The translations under genes were made by a program, and so were the position numbers. Positions 10,901 to 22,548 of a stretch of DNA of 64,000 nt are shown in pieces; within the stretch, counting starts at the first letter, position 1; each line of letters opens with the position of its first letter. Origin of the DNA: a virus; UHGV virus genome UHGV-0176771, one strand, 5' to 3'. Below the pieces are notes generated by a model. That model had not been told where the DNA came from, ran no database searches, and saw only the letters and a list, made by a program, of their open reading frames with translations.

Positions 10901-13900
10901 TCTGTATATCCAGATACTGCTTCTGATAATTTCTCTGCCGCTTCGGATGTATCAGATGCTGCTCTTGAAAGGTTATTTGATGCGGAGTTAAGATTGTTGG
11001 AAGTAGAAGAGTTCCCAATTCCAGAAATTCCTGATTGACTTCCAGATCCTCCAATGCCAAAACTTCCGCCACCACTTCCATTTGCAAAAGCAGTTCCAGA
11101 AGCGTAAGCTCCACCCATGAAAACTTTGGCACGAGAATTTACATATCCTTTAGAAAGTAGATCTCGTGTCTGAAGGTGGTTGAAGATTATGTCTCCACGT
11201 TTTAGATTTACGAATTCTGCACCATTGTCTCCAATGGTTGTGAATTTTCCTCCGCGTACAAGAAGTTCTGTTCCTAGTTCACCAACCAAAGCACGCTCAT
11301 CTTTTTTTACACCCCAATCACCTTGGTCAAATGCGTGACCAGATTTAGGATTTACAGTTCCATCTGCATGAGCAGTTCCGTTAAAACGCGGCATCATCAG
11401 TCTGCCATTTCCTACGTTTGTACCAGTACTTACTGTTTCAACTCTATGTGTATAAATATAAGTATGTGCAGCACTTCCGTCTAAACCTGACAGCATTCCA
11501 CTTACTCCAGAAATTACCGGTGTAGCATGATCGCTAGCCTCGATATTTGTATTTGATTCATCAGGGATACTTTCGACACTTCCAGTTACATTTTCTGCCG
11601 TTAATGAAGCAGAAGCATCTGTTGCAGTAATAACAGCTGTCTTTTGTTCCGGTGTTAAAGAATTCCAAAGACCAATCACATATGTAGCTTGATCTTGTGC
11701 AGTCATTGATGTAAATTTCGGATTTGCGCTCAAACCGTTCCATAAAGTAATAATGCCTGTTGCATGGTCTTCTCCGATTAATGGAACAGATTTTTGTATG
11801 AGTTCTTTCTTATTAATATCATCAATTACAGGAGTAGCGTTATCTACGGCATCTAAATGTACAGGTACGCCAGGAAGGTTAAGACCGTGTATTGCCTTTT
11901 CCATTACGAACTGAAGATCATTATCTACTTCATAAGCAATTGTTCCATCCGCAGTTATAACAGGCTTCAATGCTTTTTCTACACCATCTATCTCAGCAGT
12001 ATAAGTAACTGTTCCGTCTTCATCCTTAACGGCTTTAACTACAGACTCAACATTAGAAACATCTGCATTGTATTTAATAGTCTGATTTGCTTGAAGATTA
12101 TTTAATGCTGTGTTCATTTCTTCTGTAGAATTGAATGTTTTAACTTCAATTTCCGGTGAAAGATTCTTTATATCTTCGAGCACTTCTTCTTTGTTTTTTA
12201 CTTTTAGTTCTGCATCAAGTTCAATGCCGTTTTCTTGTGCTAATTGACGAATTTGATCTTCCATCAAGCTAACCACTTCGTCTGTGTTTTCCCCATAGGC
12301 ATTTTCTCTGAGAATCCTATCACGTTCTTCTTTTAAACTACTAATTGCTGTTTTTGCCTGTTCAACTTGTTTTGCATAATCATCTGCAGATTTTGTTATG
12401 AGTTGACCAAGATTAGCTTGGGTTTGCTGTAAGTCAGATTCAAGTCCTTTAATCTTTTCGCGCTGCTGATCGATTGCTGTACTGTCTGCCCCAGTTGCTT
12501 CGAGCCTCGCCAATTCCGCTTTCGCATTCACGAGTTCTGTGCTTAAGTCAGATACACGTTTTGCACCCTGTTCAACAGAACCGACAAAGTTATTACTGAA
12601 GCCATAATCTTCAAGACGACCAAACATGTCCATAAAAAATTCAAAACCTACGCCCATATTTGTCGCAGCTTGCTCTAAATCTTCTATATTATATGTCCAT
12701 TGCTCTGTTCCGTCAGCAACTGTCTTAAATGCCATTCCTTTGCTTTCAAGATCAGTTAAGAAATTATGTACGCCAGATGCATCTTCTGTCAGATAGCGAG
12801 CAGCCTTAGCGTAATTTTCAGCAAAGTTTACAGCATCTTCTGCACCAGTAGGAGAGAAGTAGGCGGCTCTCTTTTTAAAGTCGTCGGTTCCGATCAACCC
12901 TTTATCAAACATTTCTTTTGCTTGCTCAAGATATGATTTTGCCTGAACATAGTCATCACCGGCATTTTTAGTTTCGTCAGCAGCACTAATTGCTTCGAAA
13001 TTTTTATTTGCTTCTAAGTTAATACCAGTCGAAGCAAGTGCTTTTGCATTTTGGATCTCAGATTTTAGTTGGTTAAATGTGCCCGTAAATTTATCATTTA
13101 CAACTAAGTCATAACCTTTTTCCAAATCTTCTAATGACAAATCTTTTGCTGCATCGCCATACAGTTCTGTTAGCTTTGCTAGTTGATCTTCAGACTCTTC
13201 AATTACTTTGTCAAAACCAAGAGATTTTTTGAACGCCTTTTGTGCTTTGCTATCATTAGGAAATGCTTTTTCAAGAGCTGTGTCAATTGTCGATATGTAT
13301 TCTCCAACATTCAACATAGATGTATCCAGAGTCAACATATCTTTAATTGCCTTTTGTCCTTCTGGTTTCATATCTGCCATAGGCTGAATAATTTCGCCAT
13401 ACATGAAAGACATAAAGTCACCACCATAGTCTTTAGCCACGGTTTCGTAATCAATATTATCAACATTACCTAAGAATGCATCTTGAATTGATTTATCTAA
13501 TTTTGTAAAAGTATCTGAAGTTTGCAGATACTGTCCGAGTGACTCTCCCATTTTAGACCATTGTTCTTCGATAAGAAGTTTTGTTGCAGCTATACTTTTT
13601 TCTGCTTCTGCATTTTCAACAGTCATTGAATTTATGGCTTCACTTTTATATTTTGACAGTGTATTTTTTATCTCATTTGCAACATTTTTATCGAATCCTG
13701 ATGTTGATATTGTCACATTGCCTGCATCATCAATAGCCTCTTGCATTGCAACGCCATTATCACTTAAAATTTTTGCGATTTCTCTCTGAGCTTTCGCCCT
13801 ATTTTCTCCATATGATTTTAAGCCTAATGTTATATCACCAGAAGAAGATAATTCGTCAGCATCAATTTCCATATCTGCCATCGCTTTATCATTTTTGTCA

Positions 13901-14868
13901 ATGGTATTTTGTAGAGTTTTAATTTTGTCTTCATATTCCTCGATTTGAGCAACTGTGCCTTCGTAATTATCCTGCAGACCTTCTCCAATCTTAACATTAG
14001 CAGATAGCATCTGCGCGTCATATAAACTCTTCAGACTTGCTGCAGCAGAATCTGCATTGCTACCAAGATTAAGAATAGCATTTCCTTGTGCGTCATAACC
14101 TTCTACGAGAGATGGGAACTGTGACGCTAACTGATTACTAATATCCAGATACTGTTGATATTCCTCAGAAGACAGTCCTTTGTTTTTATTCGTTACAGTA
14201 TCTACATTCTTGCTTAATTCACTGTATTTCTTTGCGACATTCTCTATCGCATCACCTGTCGTTTCAATATCATCTGCATTATCTGCAAATGACTGACCAA
14301 GTGTGTCCAGAGTATTCTTGCCTTTAGAGAACTCAGCAAATGTCTCATCGATAGAGCTTTTCGCTTCTTTTCCTTTGGCAATCATTTTTTCTTGACGATG
14401 AATGTAGTCATCAATCATAGTAATAACGCCTTGAATCGCTACACCGGCAAGCATACCGATACCTGCGTTTAAAAGACTTGAACCGATCATTCCTCCTACG
14501 TTTTTAAGAGTAGAAGTTACTTTACCAAATTTTGATGTGGATTTAGAAGCTGACTCGATATGCGTATCCATATCTTTAATGTTCTTCTTCCCAGAATCAA
14601 CGTCACCTAAAAATGTAATAAGTTCTTTGTCTGCGTATCCCATAGATTTTGCCCAATCAACCCATTTCTCAGGTTGATTATCGCCTAATCCTGAAATAAC
14701 TTTATTTGCTTTTAAAAACTCTTCACTTATTTGTGGAGTTTTATTTTTGTATGCATCAAATAAGCTGAACCCAGTATCCTTATCATAGTTGAAAACCGTA
14801 TAGTTTTGATGTACACTTATATTAAATACTTGCAATATTTTATATAAGGAAGAAAAATATGAGTTCAA
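7948..14868 (-). CDS. Tail tape measure protein, giant (2306 aa): N-terminal hydrophobic segment, long coiled coils, C-terminal Ig-like (BIG2-type) and SH3b-like domains
   Basis: Position immediately upstream of Dit/Tal. Coiled-coil-rich. [44 protein letters not shown] Ig-like segment; [13 protein letters not shown]3b-like. Annotated start is a TTG overlapping a divergent gene, so the true start is uncertain. Confidence 0.65.
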   Translation of the reverse strand: MNSYFSSLYKILQVFNISVHQNYTVFNYDKDTGFSLFDAYKNKTPQISEEFLKANKVISGLGDNQPEKWVDWAKSMGYADKELITFLGDVDSGKKNIKDMDTHIESASKSTSKFGKVTSTLKNVGGMIGSSLLNAGIGMLAGVAIQGVITMIDDYIHRQEKMIAKGKEAKSSIDETFAEFSKGKNTLDTLGQSFADNADDIETTGDAIENVAKKYSELSKNVDTVTNKNKGLSSEEYQQYLDISNQLASQFPSLVEGYDAQGNAILNLGSNADSAAASLKSLYDAQMLSANVKIGEGLQDNYEGTVAQIEEYEDKIKTLQNTIDKNDKAMADMEIDADELSSSGDITLGLKSYGENRAKAQREIAKILSDNGVAMQEAIDDAGNVTISTSGFDKNVANEIKNTLSKYKSEAINSMTVENAEAEKSIAATKLLIEEQWSKMGESLGQYLQTSDTFTKLDKSIQDAFLGNVDNIDYETVAKDYGGDFMSFMYGEIIQPMADMKPEGQKAIKDMLTLDTSMLNVGEYISTIDTALEKAFPNDSKAQKAFKKSLGFDKVIEESEDQLAKLTELYGDAAKDLSLEDLEKGYDLVVNDKFTGTFNQLKSEIQNAKALASTGINLEANKNFEAISAADETKNAGDDYVQAKSYLEQAKEMFDKGLIGTDDFKKRAAYFSPTGAEDAVNFAENYAKAARYLTEDASGVHNFLTDLESKGMAFKTVADGTEQWTYNIEDLEQAATNMGVGFEFFMDMFGRLEDYGFSNNFVGSVEQGAKRVSDLSTELVNAKAELARLEATGADSTAIDQQREKIKGLESDLQQTQANLGQLITKSADDYAKQVEQAKTAISSLKEERDRILRENAYGENTDEVVSLMEDQIRQLAQENGIELDAELKVKNKEEVLEDIKNLSPEIEVKTFNSTEEMNTALNNLQANQTIKYNADVSNVESVVKAVKDEDGTVTYTAEIDGVEKALKPVITADGTIAYEVDNDLQFVMEKAIHGLNLPGVPVHLDAVDNATPVIDDINKKELIQKSVPLIGEDHATGIITLWNGLSANPKFTSMTAQDQATYVIGLWNSLTPEQKTAVITATDASASLTAENVTGSVESIPDESNTNIEASDHATPVISGVSGMLSGLDGSAAHTYIYTHRVETVSTGTNVGNGRLMMPRFNGTAHADGTVNPKSGHAFDQGDWGVKKDERALVGELGTELLVRGGKFTTIGDNGAEFVNLKRGDIIFNHLQTRDLLSKGYVNSRAKVFMGGAYASGTAFANGSGGGSFGIGGSGSQSGISGIGNSSTSNNLNSASNNLSRAASDTSEAAEKLSEAVSGYTDWVEVLFQRLESQYDLLMSQMERIAHLPDKQQKLYEAMSKNSELLNRTQQAIGTYQSHFDSIVRQSGINPLIVHQIQNGSMDISKYDDDTQKIISELQSYYDKLVDCNKQYDDLLNKQSELAQTALDNIEDYIDMMTGIESSAVDYQEALRELAAAKGESAYSDNMYGSLQESIKNQQDVAGKLQSQIKSYQDEINKLMANGYMAEYSTEWFEAQAALNGFRQEAAEAETTLIELQDQLRELDLLKLQQAIDELDRTAKRLENNTDLTESKGEQISEKDLQAQLDNANAQIQANYNKRQELLRDQAKYDVGSDKYNEYAEEMEKLDDAIFDAMNNIEDLKNKIWEVRWQPFFDGQEALGDLIDQTDDLRGLLNSDAFVGKNGGLTLDGIANLALISQGMNAAKQQIKNYQEALKKLDEDLKNGNISTSEYKEQQKEFLNQISSSVNIVEDYKDSIVDLYTKMLEQENEVAQKSIDKQKELLDIKKKNADYNKTLRKQARDVNTLKAQIAALEGTNNASAQAELKRLKAQLRDAEEEMQDTRDDHEYDVHQNGLDGLSEDLDKQLEETLYDVTRNAEKQEQVISQMLGNIVGNYQQAYDKIQQIINSTGFVPNKDLSNNLGNLGTSNGAQDQVDNSMTNAPNYRPDDWTDVNTGQIQNGTTQDKNDQIQGDISKNPDLSNRPVAEITLSPGTLSIQEGSTGTVSATIRPNDAKNKSLQWVSSNPNVATVANGTVHAVKAGSTTISAIATDGGGATSTNSCAVTVTPKPEPPKPTTPPPSNNGGGDGVPNVGDKVIFASGDYYYSSDGQSPAGNEMRGQEVYITSVNNANWAQKKYHISRTPRFGERDLGWVSLDQLRGYASGTKKFVNGSEIVRINEGNNPEMMVRRGALTGTATTITYGDAVVNARLSKNIMDLGEHKDDIYSSLNIANSLGERPNVTNNYYDKMIEVQGSIDKETYPGMKKVIEGVTKEFTKEAKRAGVHRSF

Positions 14869-15332
14869 AAATTAAATTCTGCGAAAAATGTTCGCAAACA
14901 AAAAAGAATATGGAGTCAGTAAATACAAATTATTCAGATGTTGAATCGCTTATTGAATTTGGCAAAGGAATGATAATCGGATTTTCAGATGATGTAAAAC
15001 GTTGTCCATACTGCGATAACGATCTGGAAACCATCAACATGTCCACTGACGATTTCCTAACCATCCGTGATGCGTCCAATTGTAATCGAGATTTACTATT
15101 TGCAATGATAAAACTGCATGATGAAGATCCAATTGGGTATGAATTAAAAATGGCTCAATTCCGCGAGATAGCAGAACGTAAAAAAGCAGAAGATTCCAAA
15201 CCACGTTGTCCAAAATGCGGATCGACTTCAATCGCAACTGTCAACAAAGGTTATTCACTTCTCACTGGTTTCCTTGGCTCCGGTAAGCCTATGAATGTAT
15301 GCCAGAGCTGTGGACATAAGTGGAAGATATAA
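14859..15332 (+). CDS. Zn-ribbon protein (two CxxC pairs at the N-terminus, CPKCG...CQSCGH at the C-terminus), 157 aa
   Basis: RBS AAGGAAG upstream of ATG 14859. Cys motifs read directly. First gene of a plus-strand accessory island. Confidence 0.55.
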   Translation: MSSKIKFCEKCSQTKKNMESVNTNYSDVESLIEFGKGMIIGFSDDVKRCPYCDNDLETINMSTDDFLTIRDASNCNRDLLFAMIKLHDEDPIGYELKMAQFREIAERKKAEDSKPRCPKCGSTSIATVNKGYSLLTGFLGSGKPMNVCQSCGHKWKI

Positions 15333-15357
15333 GAATGTGGCAGGGGAGAACAGAAGT

Positions 15358-15588
15358 TTATTTGTCGATTACTCTCTTCAATAATTTCTCATGCTCTCTA
15401 CAAATAGTATCAAGATCAAATTCTGGCGAAACATCATCTGGAAGTTTTTCTACTGTTTTGTCAGAATTAACTTGATATACATCACCGTTCCAGACAAACT
15501 GATTTTCGGAAATGTACAGCCAATCAGATTCAACGGAGTGTTTTGGATACGACAGAATAGTCATCGACTCGTCTAATTTTTGTTGCAT
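15358..15588 (-). CDS. Hypothetical small protein (76 aa), weak support
   Basis: ORF between the two plus-strand island genes; no clear RBS. Confidence 0.2.
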   Translation of the reverse strand: MQQKLDESMTILSYPKHSVESDWLYISENQFVWNGDVYQVNSDKTVEKLPDDVSPEFDLDTICREHEKLLKRVIDK

Positions 15589-15695
15589 TTTTATGTCATC
15601 AATTTTTAATTTGATTTTATATAAATCTATAACTAATTGTTTTTCGTCATCTGTTAACTTAATAATTTTAACTCACCACCTTTGGAGGAAATTTT

Positions 15696-16457
15696 ATGAA
15701 AGTATTAGATATTGTTCCATTATACTTAAAATATCAAAAAGAATACCCAAGAAATGATTATCCTGAACTATCAGTAGATAACCTTGTGTATGTTCATGAT
15801 GTTGATTTTTTCTTTCAATTTAATTCATCTAAATTATATGATAATCAATATGAATTAAAAATTAACATGGAAGCGTTTGCATTAAATGATACATATTTGA
15901 AAAGCATATTGTATCACGAATTCACGCATATATATGATTCTCTTATGTTCAAAAACAAAACAATAGATGAGTATAAAAGTATTTTGTCATATTACTCGGA
16001 AATACATTCATCGTACATCGAAATGAAAAGTAGGATAAAAGAAATATCGAATTCTATATATGTACAGGATGAAAAGATCGCAATACCAATGGATATGCAC
16101 ATACAGCAAAAATATTTAAATATTAAAAAAGAATGGTCAAATTATATTGAGTATAATCCAGAAACCATCACAGATAAAATAAAACGGCTCTGTTATTTTG
16201 TTGGACATTATAAATATCTGAAAGATAATTACGATATACCTGAATTTGAAATTGTATCACCATATTCCGAAGAAATATACAACATTATAAATGATTATTC
16301 TAATGAAGTGTATGATTTACAAGAACATTTTGATAAAATCATTCAAAAGTCAAAACGTCATAAAGACAGCCAAAATTTTGAGAAACTGCAATCAATTTTG
16401 GACGAAGATGCAATAAATCAAAATGCATTATTAAAATTATTCATAAATAAGGAATAA
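15696..16457 (+). CDS. HExxH-motif protein (putative Zn metallopeptidase, ImmA/IrrE-like by motif only), 253 aa
   Basis: GGAGG RBS before ATG. HEFTHIYD motif in the sequence. Very AT-rich codon usage, unlike the neighbouring structural genes. Confidence 0.5.
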   Translation: MKVLDIVPLYLKYQKEYPRNDYPELSVDNLVYVHDVDFFFQFNSSKLYDNQYELKINMEAFALNDTYLKSILYHEFTHIYDSLMFKNKTIDEYKSILSYYSEIHSSYIEMKSRIKEISNSIYVQDEKIAIPMDMHIQQKYLNIKKEWSNYIEYNPETITDKIKRLCYFVGHYKYLKDNYDIPEFEIVSPYSEEIYNIINDYSNEVYDLQEHFDKIIQKSKRHKDSQNFEKLQSILDEDAINQNALLKLFINKE

Positions 16458-16582
16458 TTGTTAAATGCGGATCTACGTCAATCACAGCAGGACAGAAAGG
16501 ATATTCGTTCTGGACTGGATTCTTAGGAAGTAATAAAACAGTCAATAGATGCAGTAACTGTGGTCATACATGGAAACCGTGA
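16452..16582 (+). pseudogene. Remnant of a second copy of the Zn-ribbon gene C-terminus (no start codon)
   Basis: Frame after the TAA translates to CGSTSITAGQKGYSFWTGFLGSNKTVNRCSNCGHTWKP*. This parallels [41 protein letters not shown] of the 14859..15332 product. Confidence 0.5.
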
Positions 16583-16614
16583 TGGGAGAGTAGTAGTTAG
16601 AAATAGAGGTGTTT

Positions 16615-16914
16615 CTACAACATTTCTGTTTCTAACTCACGTATCCTACACATTAGGTCATCACATGATTTTTGCTGCTTTTTCAATGTGTATTCACATG
16701 GATAATCTGTTTTGTGAAGACCAAAATTATTTTCGATTTTTTCATTAAAATCTTTATGCATTTGGTTCAATATCTTTCGATTGTTTTTGTTTAATGAATA
16801 TAAGAATATAATCATTCTACATTTTGTAAAGTGTAAGAATGTATATATTTTGTAATGCAGTAAGTGTAAATTTTTCAATTTTAGGTTCACCACCTTTACC
16901 AGTAATTTAAACAT
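16615..16914 (-). CDS. Hypothetical small protein
   Basis: ORF only; N-terminal part looks low-complexity. Confidence 0.25.
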   Translation of the reverse strand: MFKLLVKVVNLKLKNLHLLHYKIYTFLHFTKCRMIIFLYSLNKNNRKILNQMHKDFNEKIENNFGLHKTDYPCEYTLKKQQKSCDDLMCRIRELETEML

Positions 16915-17108
16915 ACATCATCTTGTATATTAAAATACTTCCAGTATGGAATATAATCAATAGTGGAACCAATATGGATGGTATCTTGTATTTTTGATGA
17001 CTCTTCTTCACTTAATTTATAGATTTCAAATATATCATCAAGTTCTAGATTTTTTGTAACACTGTTTTGCATGTGGAACTCACCTTCTTTTACAATATTT
17101 ATATGCAC
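16896..17108 (-). CDS. Hypothetical small protein (70 aa)
   Basis: ORF only. Confidence 0.25.
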   Translation of the reverse strand: MHINIVKEGEFHMQNSVTKNLELDDIFEIYKLSEEESSKIQDTIHIGSTIDYIPYWKYFNIQDDVCLNYW

Positions 17109-17502
17109 AAAAAAGAGACATCAATTAAGATGCCTCTTGATTTAAAATTATTTCACTTATGAGGGCGCAATGCCTCATCTCTCTGATAAGAATAAAACTT
17201 ATCTCTCTATCGTTTTACGACAAATCAGAGCAGTAAATATTACTATTTTTATCAAAATAAATCTCATAGTTTGGGATTATGCCATCCCAATTTTAAACAG
17301 TCATAAACCCACGAACAAATACACATCATATAAGGCAGGTAAAATAATATCATTTGTTACACTGTTGTTTGTCCATTTTTATTTAATAAAACACAGTCAA
17401 ATGTTGTTTTATCTCTAGCAATTTCACAATTACATATCAATTCATCAAGAATTAAATTATTTTCAATATTATCATTTTTCATCTCGTTTTTTTCAATTAA
17501 AA

Positions 17503-17967
17503 TCATTTCCAATTTATATTCCACCTTTTTAAAGTATCAATTGTTACATTCGGATTTAGATATTTCATAATTTCTAACCCTTTATATTTTACTTCTGTTT
17601 CGTCATGAATGTTCCAAAAATGATGTACAATTTCTTCTATATATGCATAAGTTATAATTAAAAAATTATTTGCCTTCCTTAATCTATTCATATGATAAAT
17701 GATTAATGAAAATGTAGATGCACAACATTTTTCATCTTCTTCGTCAATTATTAATTCGTCACCGCCTAAAAAAACAACACTTGCCTTTTTGATACTTTCT
17801 TTGGTTATTCCATCTTTTTTCATGACAACTGCTGCGTATTTTAACACAAGTGCAAAAGCTTTCAATTCATCTATTGACATTTCACAAGTTGATATTAATT
17901 CTATTTTGTCTTCAAATATATCTGGTTTTACAATATCGTGTATTGGAACAACATTTCTTACTCCCAT
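17503..17967 (-). CDS. Hypothetical protein (154 aa)
   Basis: ORF in the accessory island. Confidence 0.45.
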   Translation of the reverse strand: MGVRNVVPIHDIVKPDIFEDKIELISTCEMSIDELKAFALVLKYAAVVMKKDGITKESIKKASVVFLGGDELIIDEEDEKCCASTFSLIIYHMNRLRKANNFLIITYAYIEEIVHHFWNIHDETEVKYKGLEIMKYLNPNVTIDTLKRWNINWK

Positions 17968-18100
17968 ATTATTTTTCTCCTATTATTCATCATTAGTATC
18001 ATTTCCATTATATACCAATAATGAATAGAAGAGTAGTCTGAACATATGCTTCTATAAAATCAAAACATTAGCCAATATAATAGAAGAGTAGGGTTATTCC

Positions 18101-18655
18101 CTACTCTTTTATATCATCTAATTTCAGCACATACAATTCACATTTTTCGTTATAAGAATCACCAACTGCATGTTGAGTTTCTTCATTTGCCCTTTGAAAT
18201 CCAAGAGATTTATAGAATCTGATACCCTGATCATTGTCTGCGTCAACAAAAACAATTATACCATATATAGCAATTATTTTTGAAACAGTAATGATTTTTG
18301 GAACAATATAGTCTGTAAATAGAACTGTTCCGACACCACTACCTTGAATACCATATTCTACAGCAATACGTGAAATTTCTACAACAGGCAATGCTGTGTA
18401 TTCGTCAATGCATTCATCATATGTATGTATTGCATTGGCTTTGACTGTATAAAAAGCTAATATACTTGTCTTATCTTTGTCTAACAAAATATATGTATGA
18501 CCCTGTTTATCTTCCGCATAGTCAAAGGAATTATCTGATAAAAAAGTATTTAATGGGTCATCTGCTCCACAACAAAAATCTCCAACAAGCGTAAAATGTG
18601 TATTGGATTCTCTTGTTAAAAGCTCTTCAACACATTGATTCGAAAGATCGGTCAT
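18101..18655 (-). CDS. GNAT-family N-acetyltransferase (184 aa)
   Basis: QGSGVG acetyl-CoA-binding motif and FYKSLGF segment. ATGA start/stop overlap with the upstream 77-aa gene. Confidence 0.65.
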   Translation of the reverse strand: MTDLSNQCVEELLTRESNTHFTLVGDFCCGADDPLNTFLSDNSFDYAEDKQGHTYILLDKDKTSILAFYTVKANAIHTYDECIDEYTALPVVEISRIAVEYGIQGSGVGTVLFTDYIVPKIITVSKIIAIYGIIVFVDADNDQGIRFYKSLGFQRANEETQHAVGDSYNEKCELYVLKLDDIKE

Positions 18656-18885
18656 CTGTTCTTTTCTCTCAAGAATTTTGCAATAGCAGAACTTGCATTT
18701 TCCCTATCTGTGGTAGTCGCTGGAATAAATTTACTTTTCTTAAAATCATCTACGATTTTAGTAGCTGCCTTCCCTTTTAATAATGGAACAATAGCCTTTG
18801 AAACAGCCATATGTTTCCCCTCCTTTGTATGTATGGATACTTTTTTACCTAACTTCATATAATCACCCCTTAGTATTTGAAGCAA
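18652..18885 (-). CDS. Small protein translationally coupled to the GNAT gene (possible antitoxin-like partner)
   Basis: 4-nt overlap with the GNAT start. Small basic protein. Confidence 0.4.
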   Translation of the reverse strand: MLQILRGDYMKLGKKVSIHTKEGKHMAVSKAIVPLLKGKAATKIVDDFKKSKFIPATTTDRENASSAIAKFLREKNR

Positions 18886-19748
18886 TTATACATTAAAAAA
18901 ATTGAACAAAATGTCGAAATATAACGTGAGAAATAAATTAGACTATTTTTTGTGTATCTTATTATACATTTTTTATTAAATTTGTTCAACCGCTAGATAT
19001 AGTGCGGGAAAATAAAAAACACACTAATTATATAAATTTTTCCTATATATAGTTGTTTTCTCTATATTTAAAATATCTCTTGTGTTTTTGAAAGGAAAAA
19101 AATATTCTATATTATTTGTTTCCACAACATTACAAAAGGACAGGATATAATTCCCTGTCCTTACATCGTGGTGTTACGAGCTATATTATTTTTAACTCAT
19201 GTATTATTATACACTCTTTTTGTATTAAGTCAAGTAGAATGTAAACAATTTGTGTCTATTTTATCTCTATTAGAAAACGACGAGAGATGCGCCGAGTGGA
19301 ATGCCACTATAAATATCCTGTCCTGTTTTTGCAAGTCAGCAACAGGTTGTGTAGTTTGCGTCAATAGAGCAGTAGTAAATATTGTCGTATCTCATATTGA
19401 CTACCCTGGGCTTTCCCCAGGTACGGACTGTATGTTGTGTACCATATGATACAATTACGCCTGTATCACGTCATGTCTTGTCAGTCTCTCGCGCCCTATA
19501 TATGGAACTACACTTCCAGTTTTCGCTATAGTGCGTCGGGACTACCATTTTCACATTAAATGCTTATTCCTTCACGAACGTATTTCTTCTATAATAAATA
19601 CGCTTTTATTGCATCGATCCGGCACCTATATAAATAGGCTTACGGCTTCCCCCGATATTCGACAATTTAGAAAATATATTTTCAAGGATGGTCATATTAC
19701 ATTACGATATATAATATGAACACTCTCTACGTTAATTGCATGGCATTA

Positions 19749-21977
19749 TTATGCAACCTTATAGAAAGGGGCGAATTCAACTATGTTATCATTACCCAAC
19801 CCTTTTTTACTTAGAACGGTTCCAGAGAACAATCCTAATAAAGAAGAAAAGCTTCCAAATTTATTTAAAATTCCATCCAAAACACCAAGAAATGATGTTC
19901 CAGAATCAACAAGAAATCCAAATACATCTGAACTTAATAATGAAGTAGACAAGGACTGGAATTTGTTTTCAAAACCTTCAATCTTACCAGAAATAGATTC
20001 TTGATAAGCTGCATATTTCTCCATTGATTCTCCAGACGCATTGTTGGCAATGTCAATATATTTTTCAACATTTCCCCACTGCTCCATAAGAACCATAAAT
20101 TCATTCATATGATGAGTTCCGGCAAAAGCCTGAGCAACTGCTCTTTTCTGGACACCTGAGAACGTTTTCCATCCTTCCGCTGTTTCTGAAAGAACTAAAT
20201 CAAAATCTTTGAACTCATCTTGCGTATCTCTAAGTGAAATACCAACTCCTCTTAAAACAGTTTCTACATTACTAAGATCCTCACCAGTTTCATAATCTTT
20301 AAGTCGTGATAGTTTAATATTACCCATACGAGAAAAGATTGCGTTAAGAGATGTTCCAACAGAAGCCATTCCTTCCTGAGTTGTCTCTCCAATTACGGCT
20401 GCATAGCTTAAAAGATTTTGAGTTTCAACACCTGCAGTTTTAGCATTTGCAGCCACTTCATTAAAGGCAGTCGCTAATCCTCCAACATCCGTAGCACTTG
20501 CCATATCAATTGCACTAATTTGATCAACAAATCCCATAACTTGACTTTCAGCCATGTTATATGATTTCATTGCAGCAGTAATAGTCTTTGTCGCGTCTTC
20601 TGAAGACAAATCGCCTATTTTCGAAAGGATTATGGAATCCTCTGTCAATTTTGAGGCTTCCTGAATTGCCTTACCTTGTTTTAGCCATTCAGTAGATGAT
20701 TTTGCAATATCAACTCCAGTTGCTTTCAGTTTGTCTCCGAGTTCATAATATGTGTCCATCATCTTATATGCTTCGTCATTTGAAAGAGATGTAGCCATTC
20801 TCAAATCTGTCATAGCATCGTTTACAGTGATGACATTAGAAACCATTTTTCTTCCGCCATCCATAAAAACATCTTGAATTACGCCGTAAGTAGTAGCGAA
20901 TTGTCCAATCTGTTTAAATCCTCTTGTTATTTCATCAATAAAACTTTTCCCATTTAACCCTTTTAATGCAATTTCAGATTTTGCACTTGCAAATTGTTTT
21001 CTAACATTCTCGCCAGATGCAGCTCTTCTTGATAAGTCATTTAACGCATCTTCATACTCTTTTGTTAATCGAGTATTTTCTTTCATATACTTCTGAATAT
21101 CGTTGCTTAAAATTGAAGACTCTAAAGAATTTAATGTTCCTTTCACACTATGCTTTAATTCTGACATAGAATTTTCGAAGCGTTCTGCAGCTAAATTTGC
21201 TTTATTAAGGTTATCAGCCAGTTCATCTGTATCAAAAACAAAAGAATCATTGCTGTCATAATGTTTACGCAATTTATCCATCGTATTAGCGTATTCATCA
21301 ATCATAGATCGTAGACTTTTAATTTTACTTTCATCAACATCATAGGAGTCTTTAAATGAATTTAATTCAGATTTCATTTTTGCAGTGTTAGATTGCACTT
21401 TATACGAATCCAAATCATGTTGAGTCTTTTCTGATAATTTCAGTAATCTTGTAAATTCTTTTTGCTCGTTCTGTACAACCTTAATCTGATTCCTGTATTT
21501 TTCTAAATCACTTGTAAGCTTATTAAAATTAATTTCCATAATGGAATCATTTGGAGCCAATTTCACATTATTAATATCTTTATTGATGTCGGATAATAAC
21601 TTTCGAGCCTTTTCCGCGGATTTTGTCGTAAGAGATTCAAACTTTTTAAAATCTGCATTTGCCTTTGAAACATCTGCATCAATCTTTAAAGTAGAAACAC
21701 TTCGTTTCGCTTTTTCAATATCAGATAATCCTTTTTTAATTCCGGATGTATCCATATCTGCTTTAACACTGATTTTATTATTCTTCTCAATATTCTTAAA
21801 TACACCGTTGATCTTATTCAGATTCTTCATTCCCTGAACATCAAAATCAACTTTAATCTGTTTATCGTTTTTTACTAAATTATCTAATTTTTTCTGGGCA
21901 GCATCTAGTTCACTTGTATCAACATTCGTACTAACCCGTACTTCATATTCGCTCATTTTTAAAATCACTCCTCTCAA
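19749..21977 (-). CDS. Tape-measure-like protein with PhageMin_Tail-type core (742 aa); N-terminal coiled coil, C-terminal Gly-rich hydrophobic segment
   Basis: Segment GLATAFNEVAANAKTAGVETQNLLSYAAVIGETTQEGMASVGTSLNAIFSRMG... fits the conserved TMP core pattern. C-terminus FGFLVDSGTSFLGVLDGILNKFGSFSSLLGLFSG is typical of mid-TMP hydrophobic regions. Confidence 0.6.
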   Translation of the reverse strand: MRGVILKMSEYEVRVSTNVDTSELDAAQKKLDNLVKNDKQIKVDFDVQGMKNLNKINGVFKNIEKNNKISVKADMDTSGIKKGLSDIEKAKRSVSTLKIDADVSKANADFKKFESLTTKSAEKARKLLSDINKDINNVKLAPNDSIMEINFNKLTSDLEKYRNQIKVVQNEQKEFTRLLKLSEKTQHDLDSYKVQSNTAKMKSELNSFKDSYDVDESKIKSLRSMIDEYANTMDKLRKHYDSNDSFVFDTDELADNLNKANLAAERFENSMSELKHSVKGTLNSLESSILSNDIQKYMKENTRLTKEYEDALNDLSRRAASGENVRKQFASAKSEIALKGLNGKSFIDEITRGFKQIGQFATTYGVIQDVFMDGGRKMVSNVITVNDAMTDLRMATSLSNDEAYKMMDTYYELGDKLKATGVDIAKSSTEWLKQGKAIQEASKLTEDSIILSKIGDLSSEDATKTITAAMKSYNMAESQVMGFVDQISAIDMASATDVGGLATAFNEVAANAKTAGVETQNLLSYAAVIGETTQEGMASVGTSLNAIFSRMGNIKLSRLKDYETGEDLSNVETVLRGVGISLRDTQDEFKDFDLVLSETAEGWKTFSGVQKRAVAQAFAGTHHMNEFMVLMEQWGNVEKYIDIANNASGESMEKYAAYQESISGKIEGFENKFQSLSTSLLSSDVFGFLVDSGTSFLGVLDGILNKFGSFSSLLGLFSGTVLSKKGLGNDNIVEFAPFYKVA

Positions 21978-22548
21978 ATTTGGACATCAAAAAAGCCCTC
22001 ACGAAAGGAGAGCAGTAATAAAAATTATTTATAATTTATCAATATTCTGTTATAATGAAATTGGATACATATCGATTGGATCTACCACAACTAATCCGTT
22101 GCCACGGGTATGTATCTGGCAGAAGCGTCTGTGGAAGTATACACCTTGTATACGAAATGAAAACAGTACATATGGCAGAAAGGTGATTAATTATTATATG
22201 TATCATTTCTATACATCATATCTCTGCGGATTTCTTTCGCAAACACTCCCGTTCTGTATATCAAAGTACAGAAGGGTGGTGAAAAATGACAACAATTATA
22301 ATTTTAAGTCTTATTGTTATTGCATTAGTTCTTTTAATTATTCTTGTTTTTACGTTTAATACATTTTCCAAGGATGTTAAAAACGCGAAATGTAAAATTC
22401 AATTCTCCAAATATATAAAATTTGAATACTCATTGTCATTACGTAAGAACCGTAGGTAAAAATCATTTAATTAATTCTGCATATATGTCATTTAAATAAT
22501 TTCCTTTTTACAACCCCAGGATGTCACCAGCATCCTGGGTAATTATTT

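Noticed and set aside
19168-19449. 93-aa plus-strand ORF downstream of the TMP-like gene
   Set aside because: Cys/Val-rich implausible sequence, no RBS. Region better explained as non-coding.
14859-19749. Group I/II intron interrupting the tape measure gene
   Set aside because: The insert is 4.9 kb with multiple bona fide protein genes on both strands and no RT/maturase or intron core motifs. An island insertion is more parsimonious.
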